A stretch of DNA of 64,000 bases from Dehalococcoidia bacterium (GTDB lineage: Bacteria; Chloroflexota; Dehalococcoidia; Lucifugimonadales; UBA3495): NCBI GenBank assembly GCA_034423215.1, contig DAOUIY010000067.1:52265-116264 (forward strand), given 5' to 3'. A model generated the notes under the pieces. The model was not told where the DNA came from, did not search any database, and was given only the letters and a program-made list of their open reading frames with translations. Below are positions 1 through 9,109 of this stretch, piece by piece; within the stretch, counting starts at the first letter, position 1; each line of letters begins with the position of its first letter. The position numbers and the translations under genes are program-made.

Positions 1-57
1 ATGGCCATGCGCCCCTACGGTCTGACACGTTGGAAATGATGCCTGGACCGGCCCAAC

Positions 58-127
58 CCGTCGTTCCCGCGTAGGCGGGAACCTGGACAGGCTGGAGTTA
101 AGATTTCTGCCTTCGCAGGAATGACGG
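58..127. repeat. REP/MITE-like palindromic element, family A (double hairpin GTCRTTCCYGC..GCRGGAA)
   Basis: CCGTCGTTCCCGCGTAGGCGGGAACC...GATTTCTGCCTTCGCAGGAATGACGG; near-identical reverse-complement copy at 32125-32193. Confidence 0.8.
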
Positions 128-297
128 GTCAGGGTATTACCCATCATTTCATTTATGTTGACCTGCCAGGGCCAGGCATGGGCTTGATGCCGGGGATACC
201 AGGTATGCCGGGCTGCGGTCAAAACCCTCGGGGCAAACTGCCTTCCAGCCGGCTTTATGTTGCTGGCCGCCAGACGGGGCGCTGGCCCGTGTGGCTG

Positions 298-1692
298 CTA
301 CAGCCCCAGCTTTCCAGGGTTCATGATGTTGGCCGGGTCCAGGGTCTGCTTCAGCTCCCGCAAAAGGTCGTGGCCGACGCCCATTTCCCGGGCCAGCAGG
401 TGATTCAGCTTCATGCCCACGCCGTGGCAGTATTCCATGACGCCGCCCATGTCCTGGGCCAGGGTCAGCACCTCCTCAACGGCCTCAGCCAGGTTCCGGC
501 GGCACTCCTCCTCGTCCCCTGAAGTATCCTCGGGCACAACCATCATCGAAAACAGTTCAGGGCGGCTCCAGATGGCGTATTCCACGACCCGAACACCCCG
601 CCGCTCCAGTATGTCCTGGCACTGGGTTCGATAGTCCAGGACCCGGGAAACGGGCAATGCCATGTGAAGGTAGTCGAAACTGCGGCCCCACTGGCGGTTC
701 CAGCGTTCCTCCCTGGGACGCCCCAGGGCATTCCGAAGGTACCGGTAACCCGAATCGTGCCGGCCCTCCCAGTAGTCCAGGGTTGGCTCCGGCCCGATGT
801 CCCTGCCGCCGAACTGGGCACAGATGGACATGGCCCGACGGTGCCTGGCCTCAACTCCCTCCCGATAACCCTCGAAAAGAAGGAACATCCTTACCTCGCC
901 GTCCTCTTCCGTAAAGTCCAGCAGGGTGGGATGCAGGTCCAGGCTTTTCATCTCCACGGCCGCGTTGAAGCCCTGCTCAAAGGTATCGAAACCGGCGGTG
1001 GCGAAAACGCTGGCCTCCGGCTTTGGGAACACCTTTATCGTTGCCCTGGTGATGATGCCCAGGACTCCCTCGCCGCCTATGAACAGATAGTTCCAGTTGG
1101 GACCGGAGGAATACTTGGGAACAGAGCGGGTATCGAGAACTCTGCCGTCCGGCAGTACCGCCTGCAGCGAAACCACCTGCTGCCCCATGGGGCCGAAGGC
1201 GCTGGCGCGGTAGCCAACGCCATTGGTGGAAATGGTTCCCGCAACCGTGGCGATGGGTACGCTGTAGGGGTCATGGCCGATCATCAGCCCGTATTCCTCC
1301 AGGGCGTCGGCCAAGTCTTGCAGCACCACCCCCGGCTCCACCGTGGCAGTCATGTCCCGGAGGCTGATGTCCAGGATGCGGTTCAACCGCTTCACGTCAA
1401 CAACTATGCCGCCCCGGACCGGCAGCACCCCTCCCATCACGCCGGTGCCGCCCCCGTAGGGAACCAGGGGCACTCCCTCGCTGGTAGCCAGGGCAGCGAT
1501 GCTGGAAACCTCTTCAACCGAGCCCGGGCGAACTACCAGGTCCGCCAGTTGCTCAAAGGCGTAGCCGGCCCGGTAGGCGCGAAAGGGCGTCAGGGCATCG
1601 GCGGAGTAACGGTCCAGGTCGTAGGGAGAAGCAAGCACATTGTCCTCGCCAACGATCCGGGACAGGGATTCAACAATGGAAGATGCAATCAT
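298..1692 (-). CDS. FAD-binding oxidoreductase, VAO/GlcD-like (FAD_binding_4 + FAD-oxidase C)
   Basis: 464 aa; PYGGGTGVMGG FAD loop, TATVEPGV, GGEGVLGIIT, C-terminal CHGVG and LDPANIMNPGK motifs. Confidence 0.85.
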   Translation of the reverse strand: MIASSIVESLSRIVGEDNVLASPYDLDRYSADALTPFRAYRAGYAFEQLADLVVRPGSVEEVSSIAALATSEGVPLVPYGGGTGVMGGVLPVRGGIVVDVKRLNRILDISLRDMTATVEPGVVLQDLADALEEYGLMIGHDPYSVPIATVAGTISTNGVGYRASAFGPMGQQVVSLQAVLPDGRVLDTRSVPKYSSGPNWNYLFIGGEGVLGIITRATIKVFPKPEASVFATAGFDTFEQGFNAAVEMKSLDLHPTLLDFTEEDGEVRMFLLFEGYREGVEARHRRAMSICAQFGGRDIGPEPTLDYWEGRHDSGYRYLRNALGRPREERWNRQWGRSFDYLHMALPVSRVLDYRTQCQDILERRGVRVVEYAIWSRPELFSMMVVPEDTSGDEEECRRNLAEAVEEVLTLAQDMGGVMEYCHGVGMKLNHLLAREMGVGHDLLRELKQTLDPANIMNPGKLGL

Positions 1693-2015
1693 ATAAGCGC
1701 CGCTTTTCGTCGCAGGATTTCCGTGAATTGGTTGAGCCGCAAGGGGGCTGTACCGGTACGGGCATCCATTATGTCAAAGGGGAAATCAAAGGGCAACAAA
1801 CCCCGCGCCTGCAGGGCAATCGCATTATGAAAAGACGGCATGCTGAGGGAAGCCGAAGCACCCAAACTCCTGCCCGGCACGTTTGTATCGGGTTCCCAGC
1901 CACGACTGGGCATTAGGATTCCAGACCTTTCGGCAAGCCCAAGGCGACATGACCTTCCTCTGGGCCCTTTGCACGAATTCATAATGTGATTGCCCTATCC
2001 CAAACAAATATCTTA

Positions 2016-2044
2016 TTGACTTTGATAAATACCGGAAATACAAT
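2016..2044 (+). promoter_or_regulatory. Sigma70-type promoter of the DoxX gene
   Basis: TTGACT-17 nt-TACAAT in an AT-rich stretch; AAGGAGGT RBS before ATG 2106. Confidence 0.6.
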
Positions 2045-2105
2045 GGATAATGTTGCGCTTTAGTGACACAAGACACTCCAACCTACCGAAATAAGGAGGT
2101 ACTGG

Positions 2106-2576
2106 ATGGCTGAAATTACCGAAACCGTGAATGATTCATCAGGAGACGGCATTTTTGGTCAATTCCTGCCCAGATTCACCGATGAGTTCTATCTCATCTT
2201 CCGCCTCATCTTCGCCTTCCTGGTATTGCTGCATGGTATGCAGAAAGCCTTCCTGATGTGGGGCTTTCCCGCAGACCATCCCCTGGGAGCGCTGGTTGAC
2301 ATTGCGGGGTGGGTGGAATTCATCAGCGCCATTCTCATCGGGCTGGGCATCTTCACCCGGCTGGGCGCCGGCGCCCTGTGCGTGACCATGATTATCGCCT
2401 ACTTCCGGGTGCATGCGGGCAACGGAATCTGGCCCCACATTTTCCCTGAAGGGGGCTACGGCGCCAACGGCGGCGAGGTGGCTATCCTGTGGTTCGCCAT
2501 TGCCGGCATCATTGGCGTGCTGGGGAGCCGCAAGTACGGCGTAGAACGGTTGCTCTTCAAGAAGGAAATATTCTAG
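2106..2576 (+). CDS. DoxX family membrane protein
   Basis: 156 aa, about 4 TM; RLIFAFLVLLHGMQK, EFISAILIGLGIFTR, GGE, GSRKYGVE motifs. Confidence 0.85.
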   Translation: MAEITETVNDSSGDGIFGQFLPRFTDEFYLIFRLIFAFLVLLHGMQKAFLMWGFPADHPLGALVDIAGWVEFISAILIGLGIFTRLGAGALCVTMIIAYFRVHAGNGIWPHIFPEGGYGANGGEVAILWFAIAGIIGVLGSRKYGVERLLFKKEIF

Positions 2577-2612
2577 GCCGCTCCCACGGCACAGAGTCCG
2601 TATACAACAACA

Positions 2613-2639
2613 GCGGGGCCGGAAGTTATCCGGCCCCGC
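2613..2639. terminator. GC-rich hairpin between convergent doxX and cysS, probable bidirectional terminator
   Basis: GCGGGGCCGGA-AGTTA-TCCGGCCCCGC, 11 bp perfect stem; no strong U tract. Confidence 0.55.
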
Positions 2640-2671
2640 AGCTTCTCCGGCCAATTCTCCGGTGCGATGTC

Positions 2672-4066
2672 TCAAGAGGACTGACGCTGGTATTTCCAGA
2701 CGGTGCCCTGGGCCGAGTCTTCCAGCACAACGCCCTGGACCGCCAGTTCATCGCGGATGCGGTCCGCCAGGGCAAACTGCCGCGCCTGGCGCAACTCGGT
2801 GCGGGTGCTTACCAGCAGGTCTATGAAGGGCTTGGCCGCCAGTTCGTCGCTGCCGGCGGCCGGCTGCTCAAAAGTCAAGCCCAGAATCCCGCCCATTTCC
2901 CGCAGCGTTGCCTGGGCGGCCTCCACGCTGCGACCCTGCTCCCTCTCCCGGTTTATATCCCGGGCGAGGTCGAACAGAGAGGCCATGGCCTGGGGGGTAT
3001 TGAGGTCGTCCTCCATGGCGGCCATGAAACGCCGGCGAAAGAGTTCCGGGTCCAGAAACTCGCCGCCAGAGGCTACCGCTTCATCCTCAGCGTCCGGGCG
3101 CAAGGCGTGACGGAAACGGTCCATGCTCCGCTCCATGGCCGCCGACCCTTCGTCAGTGTACTGCAAGGGGCTGCGGTAGTGGGAGCTGAGGAAATAGGCG
3201 CGCAGGGCGTCGGCGCTGTATTTGGACAGCGCCTCTTCCACCGACACCAGGTTGCCCAGGGACTTGCTCATCTTGTCATCGCCCAACTGCAGCAAGCCAT
3301 TGTGGACCCAGTGGTGGGCGAAGGGAGTAATGCCGGTGTGCGCCTCGCTCTGGGCGATTTCGTTCTCATGATGGGGGAATATCAGGTCCTGGCCGCCCCC
3401 GTGAATATCCAGGGGAAAGTCCAGGTAGCGCAAGGACATGGCGGTACATTCAATGTGCCAGCCCGGGCGGCCCGGGCCCCAGGGACTGTCCCATGAAGGC
3501 TCGCCGGGCTTGGCCCCCTTCCAGAGGACGAAGTCCATGGGGTGTTCCTTGTCCCCATCCACCTGCACGCGGGCGCCGGCGATCATGCCCTCCAGGGTGC
3601 GATGGCTCAGTTTGCCGTAATCGTCCTTGCGGTTGACCCGAAAATACACGTCGCCGCTGGCGGGGTAGGCGTATCCCTTCTCCACCAGGCTCCCTATAGT
3701 TTCCAGTATAGACTCAATTTCCTGGGTTGCGCGGGGGTAGGTATCGGCGCGAAGTATGTTGAGGGCGTCCATGGTCCGGAAGAAGTCGTCAATATAGCGC
3801 TCGGTCAGTTCGTCCTCGCTGATGCCGGCTTCCTGCGCGCGCTGGATAATCTTGTCGTCCACGTCGGTAAAGTTCTGAATGTGCTTTACCTGGTAGCCCA
3901 GGTGCTCAAGATAACGGCGAAGGGTGTCGAAGACGACGTAACTGAGGGCGTGGCCCACGTGGGTGGAAGAGTAGGGCGTGACGCCGCAGACGTACATTTT
4001 TACGGTCTTGCCGTCGGCGGGGGCAAATTCCTTCTCCTCGCCGGTCAGCGTATTGTAAAGACGCAT
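2672..4066 (-). CDS. cysS: Cysteine--tRNA ligase
   Basis: MYVCGVTPY, HVGH, NFTDVDDKII, GRPGWHIEC, DIHGGGQDLIFPHHENE, KMSKS. Confidence 0.98.
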   Translation of the reverse strand: MRLYNTLTGEEKEFAPADGKTVKMYVCGVTPYSSTHVGHALSYVVFDTLRRYLEHLGYQVKHIQNFTDVDDKIIQRAQEAGISEDELTERYIDDFFRTMDALNILRADTYPRATQEIESILETIGSLVEKGYAYPASGDVYFRVNRKDDYGKLSHRTLEGMIAGARVQVDGDKEHPMDFVLWKGAKPGEPSWDSPWGPGRPGWHIECTAMSLRYLDFPLDIHGGGQDLIFPHHENEIAQSEAHTGITPFAHHWVHNGLLQLGDDKMSKSLGNLVSVEEALSKYSADALRAYFLSSHYRSPLQYTDEGSAAMERSMDRFRHALRPDAEDEAVASGGEFLDPELFRRRFMAAMEDDLNTPQAMASLFDLARDINREREQGRSVEAAQATLREMGGILGLTFEQPAAGSDELAAKPFIDLLVSTRTELRQARQFALADRIRDELAVQGVVLEDSAQGTVWKYQRQSS

Positions 4067-4151
4067 AACCTAGTTTCCCGTTCCGCCCGGCCCTGCTCCC
4101 CCGGGGCGGTGGAGAGGGTTGGGGCTTGGGAACGGAGCGCCCCATGAGCGC

Positions 4152-4643
4152 TCATTCCGCTCGATATATGGTGGCCACCGCCATGGCGGCGATGCCCTCT
4201 TCCCGACCAACGAAGCCCAGGAAGTCGGTGGTGGTGACCTTGATGCCAACACGGTCCTCGGGTATCTGGAGAGAGGCCGCCGTCCCGGCTTTCATTTCCG
4301 GGATAAAAGGCCCCAGGCGGGGCCTCTGAGCCAACATTGTAGCATCTACGTTAGATATGCGCCAAGCGTGCGCCTCCAACTGCTGCCCCACCCTTTCCAG
4401 GAGCAGAAGGCTGGAAATGTCCCGGTATTGTTCGTCGGACGAGGGAAAGTGCTGCCCCTTGTCGCCCAGGTTGGCCGCGCCCAGCAGGGCGTCCATGATA
4501 GCGTGAACCAGCACGTCCCCGTCGCTATGCCCCACCAGTCCCCGGTCGTGGGGCACCATCACGCCGCCCAACACCAGGAGCCGGTCGGGCCCCAGGGCGT
4601 GGGAGTCAAAGCCTATTCCGGTACGGATGTCGGGAATTGTCAT
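4152..4643 (-). CDS. ispF: 2-C-methyl-D-erythritol 2,4-cyclodiphosphate synthase
   Basis: RTGIGFDSH, GHSDGDVLVHAIMDALLGA, IKVTT, GREEGIAA. Confidence 0.97.
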   Translation of the reverse strand: MTIPDIRTGIGFDSHALGPDRLLVLGGVMVPHDRGLVGHSDGDVLVHAIMDALLGAANLGDKGQHFPSSDEQYRDISSLLLLERVGQQLEAHAWRISNVDATMLAQRPRLGPFIPEMKAGTAASLQIPEDRVGIKVTTTDFLGFVGREEGIAAMAVATIYRAE

Positions 4644-4675
4644 AGGGGCTCACGGCCATGGTTCGGCCCAACTGC

Positions 4676-5083
4676 TCAGGCAACCCATAGAGGCACACCT
4701 TCGGAAGCGGCGGCGTGGGCAAGGGCTCGGTCCAGGGTCGCTAATTCTGCGCCCTGCCGTTTGGCCAGTTCCAAGTATAATGCATCGTAGAACGACAACC
4801 CGTGCTTCCTCGCCAGGTCAAAGGCTGACGGATAGTTGGGATCTCCGTCGGTTTGAATGGGTAAGCCATTCAAGGCATCCAGGCGCTCGCCAATCTCCTC
4901 CGGAGAAATCCGCCCTCGCCGCCCCGCCGACAGCAAGGCATTGCGAATCTCCAGGAGCCAGAGTTGCGGTACAACTGCCCCATCTTCTTTGAGACGTTCC
5001 AGCGCCGCCTCGACTCGTGATTGGTCCTCGTCGTTGAAAATCCACGCCAGGGCCATCGAAGCATCAACAACCAATCCACTCAC
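4676..5083 (-). CDS. vapC: PIN-domain toxin (VapC family)
   Basis: VVDAS, LLEIRNAL, LSFYDALYLELA, LATLD acidic PIN motifs; 4-nt overlap with upstream antitoxin. Confidence 0.88.
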   Translation of the reverse strand: MSGLVVDASMALAWIFNDEDQSRVEAALERLKEDGAVVPQLWLLEIRNALLSAGRRGRISPEEIGERLDALNGLPIQTDGDPNYPSAFDLARKHGLSFYDALYLELAKRQGAELATLDRALAHAAASEGVPLWVA

Positions 5084-5331
5084 AGGCGGTGACCCTCATG
5101 GCGCAAGGCAAGTATCTCATCTGCCGTAAAGGAAACGGGATTCCACCTGGCACGGCGTTGACGGAACTGTTCGACCAACTTCTCTCGATTGACGCGGCCC
5201 TGATCCGCTGCGGGAACCAGGTGGGCAATCGGCTTGCCGTGCCGGGTGATGGCGATGGCCTCCCCACGCTCCACCACCCGAAGAAGTTCCGCCAGGCGAG
5301 CCTTGGCTTCTGTAGCTTGAACCTCGCGCAT
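5080..5331 (-). CDS. Phd/YefM-family antitoxin
   Basis: 83 aa; ATEAKARLAELLRVVERGEAIAITRHGKPIAHLVP. Confidence 0.9.
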   Translation of the reverse strand: MREVQATEAKARLAELLRVVERGEAIAITRHGKPIAHLVPAADQGRVNREKLVEQFRQRRARWNPVSFTADEILALRHEGHRL

Positions 5332-5503
5332 CTCAACCCCAACCGGTTATTTTGACCAGTTCAGATTACCAGTAGCTTTGCCGGTGGGCAAGGATTTTGC
5401 TGTGGGGGTTAAAGTCCGTGCGGGTGGGGATGTTGGGGTAATTTAGCATGGATGGACAGGAAAGGCAGGATCGCACCATCCTATCCCCTCCTTCCACGTC
5501 AAT

Positions 5504-6187
5504 TTATCCCCGCCCCCCCAGCACCGCCTCCATAACCGCCATATCCTCCGGCGTCGTCACTTTCAAGTTTTCGTAAGAGCCGGGGAACAGGGTTACCTGG
5601 AACCCAAGGGCCTCTACCATCATCGCGTCGTCGGTGGCGTCGCCGTGGAATTCAGTGTAGGCGCGGCACAGCAGGTCGTAGGCGAAAATTTGGGGGGTTT
5701 GGGCGGCCCAAAGGGTTTCGCGGGGCGGAGTGTCCGTAACGCGGCCATCGGGAGCGACAACCTTGATGGTGTCCTTGACCGGAACGCCGGCAATGGCAGC
5801 GCCATCGGGGGAGGCTGCCGTGGCCTCCATTCCCCGCCGCAGCAGGGCCCCGTCCAGACCGGGGCGGGCCCCGTCGTGGACCATGACCCATCGGCATGGT
5901 TGCAGCGCGTCGAGGCCGGCCTTCACCGAGTCCTGCCGCCGCACCCCGCCGGCACACACATGGGAGACTTTGCGGTAGCCCCGTTCCTGCACCAGGGAAC
6001 GGCCAAAATTGAGGGAGGCAGCGGCCAGGACCAGGACGATTTCCGAGACCTGGGGGCACTCTTCAAACCGGTCAAGGGTGTGGGTAATCAGGGGACTGCC
6101 CAGCAGCGGCGCAAAGGTCTTGTCCACCCCTTCCATGCGGGTGCTGCTGCCGGCGGCGACTACAATGGCTCCAACTCTGGCTTCCAA
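5504..6187 (-). CDS. ispD: 2-C-methyl-D-erythritol 4-phosphate cytidylyltransferase
   Basis: AAGSSTRM, RRQDSV, VHDGARP, VKDTIK, QTPQ, NLKVTTPED. Confidence 0.97.
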   Translation of the reverse strand: MEARVGAIVVAAGSSTRMEGVDKTFAPLLGSPLITHTLDRFEECPQVSEIVLVLAAASLNFGRSLVQERGYRKVSHVCAGGVRRQDSVKAGLDALQPCRWVMVHDGARPGLDGALLRRGMEATAASPDGAAIAGVPVKDTIKVVAPDGRVTDTPPRETLWAAQTPQIFAYDLLCRAYTEFHGDATDDAMMVEALGFQVTLFPGSYENLKVTTPEDMAVMEAVLGGRG

Positions 6188-6322
6188 AGCTTACAACCCT
6201 TCATCCTGATAAGACTCTTTTGACACGCGGGACACGCACGTAGGGCGCGGTTATGCGTGGAAGCTGCTCTCTGCATTCCACGATGGCCGCGCCCCGGTGG
6301 GTGCCAGCGCTTGTATTTCTTG

Positions 6323-7381
6323 CTAATTGTTCTTGGACTGGGCGAATATGATGCGGCCGGCGGCGGTCTGCAAGACCCGCGTTACGGTTACGTCGTGGAA
6401 GGCGTTGATGTAGCGCTTTCCGCCCTCGACCACCACCATGGTACCGTCATCCAGGTAGGCCACGCCCTGGCCCAGTTCCTTCCCTTCCTGGACGATGTTG
6501 ACCCGCATTTCCTCGCCCGGCAGGACGATGGACTTGAGGGCGTTGGCCAGTTCGTTGACGTTGAGGACCTGGACTCCCTGGAACTCGGCCACCCGGTTAA
6601 GGTTGTAGTCGGTGGTCAGGATGGGGCACTTCATGGAACGGGCCATCTGCACCAGCATGGAGTCAACCTCATCGCCGTTGCTGATGCCAACATCCATGAT
6701 GTCCAGGGTTATGCTGTCGTCGCGGCGGAGGCGTCCCAGCACTTCCAGTCCCCGGCGTCCCCGGTTGCGGCGCAGCGGGTCGCTGGAGTCGGCGATGTGG
6801 CGGAGTTCGTCGAGGATGAACCGGGGGACCACCAGGGTTCCCTCCAGGAAGCCGGTGCCGGTGAGGTCCGCTATGCGGCCGTCAATTATGACGCTGGTAT
6901 CAACGAGAATATTGCCATTGCGTCCCTCTTTCACCAGCCCGTTGGTGGGAGCGGCGCTCTCCAGGGAGGGGAATACGGCCTGCACGTCCTTGCCCCGCAT
7001 CCCGCCCAGCAGCAGGCCAACCATGCCCAGGGTCAGGCTGACCATTATCGGTATGCCCCAGCCCATCCAGCCGTTGATGTTATAGAAAGGAATGGATATC
7101 AGGGCCGCAAAAACCAGCCCAATCAGCGCGCCAAATGCGGCGGACAAAAGCGTTGAACCCGGAACGGCGTTGACGTAGCTGACGAGGTTTCGCCAGGGTC
7201 GAAGAAAAATGTAAGGAGTTACCAACGCGCCTACCGGAATCCCGACGAGAGCCAGAACTATGCCCCAGGGGATAATCTGCCTTCCGTCCGAAGGCAGGTC
7301 CGGTACATAGGGCCCCAGGCGCCAACCCAGGACGCCGAGCCCTCCGGCCCCAATGATTCGTAGAGTCCATACATCAAACAC
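6323..7381 (-). CDS. Membrane PIN/TRAM-domain protein (YacL-like)
   Basis: N-terminal TMs, LVDTSVIIDGRI, ELRHIADSSD..RRNRGRRGL, GVAYLDDGTMVVVE, QTAAGRIIFA; conserved position upstream of ispD. Confidence 0.92.
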   Translation of the reverse strand: MFDVWTLRIIGAGGLGVLGWRLGPYVPDLPSDGRQIIPWGIVLALVGIPVGALVTPYIFLRPWRNLVSYVNAVPGSTLLSAAFGALIGLVFAALISIPFYNINGWMGWGIPIMVSLTLGMVGLLLGGMRGKDVQAVFPSLESAAPTNGLVKEGRNGNILVDTSVIIDGRIADLTGTGFLEGTLVVPRFILDELRHIADSSDPLRRNRGRRGLEVLGRLRRDDSITLDIMDVGISNGDEVDSMLVQMARSMKCPILTTDYNLNRVAEFQGVQVLNVNELANALKSIVLPGEEMRVNIVQEGKELGQGVAYLDDGTMVVVEGGKRYINAFHDVTVTRVLQTAAGRIIFAQSKNN

Positions 7382-7945
7382 GAAAATCTACTCCCTTTCC
7401 AACGTGCGCCTCCCTCGGCCTGACCTGTTCATATTTCGAGTCTAATGTATCCTGTAAACTCCCCTCACCCTCCCCTGCAATTCAACAGGAAAAACAACAG
7501 TTCAGATGCCGTAGGGGCAAACGCCGGAGAAATAAATATTGAATATCGTGCAACCGTCCCGCCGCCGCCGCGATACTAAGTTAAGAAAGGACGTGGGCGC
7601 AGCCAGGAACAGGCAGCCGGCCCTATTTAGACGTACTTGGGCCGGCGTGAGCATAACATAAAGCATCAGCTTTAGGAAGATTTATCGCCTTGAATGGGAA
7701 ACATCCGGGCATTTGGTGGGAATATTCAGCCTTGACAAATGCCGTGAGCGGCATATTTCGACGGAAAATGGGACTATCAGCGCGGAACGGCAACGTGTTC
7801 AGGCGTCAACGCGCCGGAATGGATTGAACCGCCTAAAATGCCTCGAAACGGCGTGCCGAGGTAAGGCCTGCCCTGCGGATGTTGAGCAGGCCGCACTGCT
7901 CAGCAACCTAGCGGCTCAAATTACTCGAACTGATGGATAATGTTT

Positions 7946-8008
7946 CCGCTCACCCTGAGCTTGTCGAAGGGCCGCCCCCTCATGCTTCGACAGCCTCACC
8001 ACCAGCGG
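7946..8008. repeat. REP/MITE-like element, family B (CTGAGCTTGTCGAAG...CTTCGACAGCCTCA)
   Basis: Imperfect inverted repeat, same arms as 11043-11112, 43013-43075, 62429-62507. Confidence 0.7.
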
Positions 8009-8052
8009 ACTTCCGATTTGCCCACCGTTTCTCGGGTGCATCGTCAAATTCA

Positions 8053-8121
8053 CCGTAGTTCCCGCCTTTGCAGGAATCTCGACTACAGCCAGTCAAGGTT
8101 ACCGCCTTCGCAGGAACGACG
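8053..8121. repeat. REP/MITE-like element, family A (degenerate)
   Basis: GTAGTTCCCGCCTTTGCAGGAATC...CCGCCTTCGCAGGAACGACG followed by AAATGGGAC as at 32193. Confidence 0.7.
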
Positions 8122-8303
8122 AAATGGGACGTTCGCAAGCTTCAACTTTCAAGTTGGCGACGGGCCCCAGGGCGATGGACCACCGGATTTCATTCGGTGT
8201 CGGGTGGTTACGCAGGAATAATTCGCAAAATGAGACCGGCGGATTCGGTTCACTCCGCCGGTCTTGAAATGGGACGTGCCCTTTTGCCAAGGCAGTCAGG
8301 TTG

Positions 8304-8753
8304 TCAGTGGTGCGCCCCGGAGAAAATCTCCGCGGTTACGCTGGTGCTGGGGGTCGCCACGGCGACCGAACCATAGAGGGGTCAACGCCGCTTCCACTGG
8401 TCCACCAGGTACTGTCCCTGGTCGTCATCCAGCCCCCAGATCTGGAAGTGGACTTTTATGTCGTCATAAACGCTGACCGTGCCTTCGTCGGCAATAGAAG
8501 CCCGGTCGGGGTCCCGGTAGGCTTCGACACTAACGTCCATCCAGTTGACAGGAATTTCCTCGCCGCTGGCTATGCGCTCCACCATGTTAACGGCGCAAGC
8601 GGTAATGCCGGACAGGAAAAGTTCGCCGGCGCCAACCTCCTCGCCGCCGGAGCCGTCGGCCACCCAGTGGTGATTGCGAGTGTTGCAGATGGCACGCCCC
8701 GGGGTGCCGGTGCTGTAGCTGTGTACCCGATAAGCCAGGGTTAGTTCCGCCAT
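8304..8753 (-). CDS. OsmC/Ohr-family peroxidase, predicted selenoprotein (Sec at in-frame TGA 8382-8384, residue 124 of 149)
   Basis: First Cys motif LSGITACAVNM. Reading through TGA gives WKRR-U-PLYGSVAVATPSTSVTAEIF, restoring the second C-P motif and the final strand of the OsmC fold. Stem-loop right after the TGA. Confidence 0.8.
8352..8367 (-). promoter_or_regulatory. Putative bacterial SECIS hairpin of the OsmC gene
   Basis: mRNA GGUCGC-CGUG-GCGACC at +15..+30 after UGA; perfect 6 bp stem, GU in loop. Confidence 0.7.
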
Positions 8754-9109
8754 TTCTTCAACCTCCTTTTTCTCGTCCTTGCCGCTGATGGCTAATATTA
8801 GGGAACAATGCCAGGCAAAAGCAACCCCCTTCCGTCCAGGGAGGTTGCACTATAAACTGGTCGCAACTCGCGCAAGGCCCTCAGGTGGAAATGAATGTCG
8901 CCCTGAGCTTGCAGAGGGTTCAACATGACATTTTTCCACAATGCAATCGCAATGCCCTTTCGCCGAAACCGGATTCGTGACCTGGGCAGGCTCTCTTCAG
9001 GCTCCCTTGCTTCCTCCTTTCGGCTCTATCGCAGCTTCCTTGTGGTATATTTACGAACCGGAACCCATATCTGATATGGCGTCACTATCCCCCTTGCGGA
9101 GGACAAGAC

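Noticed and set aside
121-522. 133-aa plus-strand ORF with PGMG-like stretch
   Set aside because: Starts inside a REP element and overlaps the oxidoreductase antisense; no family features
664-1830. Long antisense/shadow ORFs (also 28041..29711, 43824..45479, 37086..38330 and many others)
   Set aside because: Opposite-strand shadows of well-supported genes, expected at high GC
7514-7540. GGGCAAAC resembling a c-di-GMP-I riboswitch start
   Set aside because: No GAAA-capped P2 and no GACGCAAAG/P3 elements follow
7946-8121. Repeated palindromes as a CRISPR array or group of IS ends
   Set aside because: Dispersed, not regularly spaced; no cas or transposase genes
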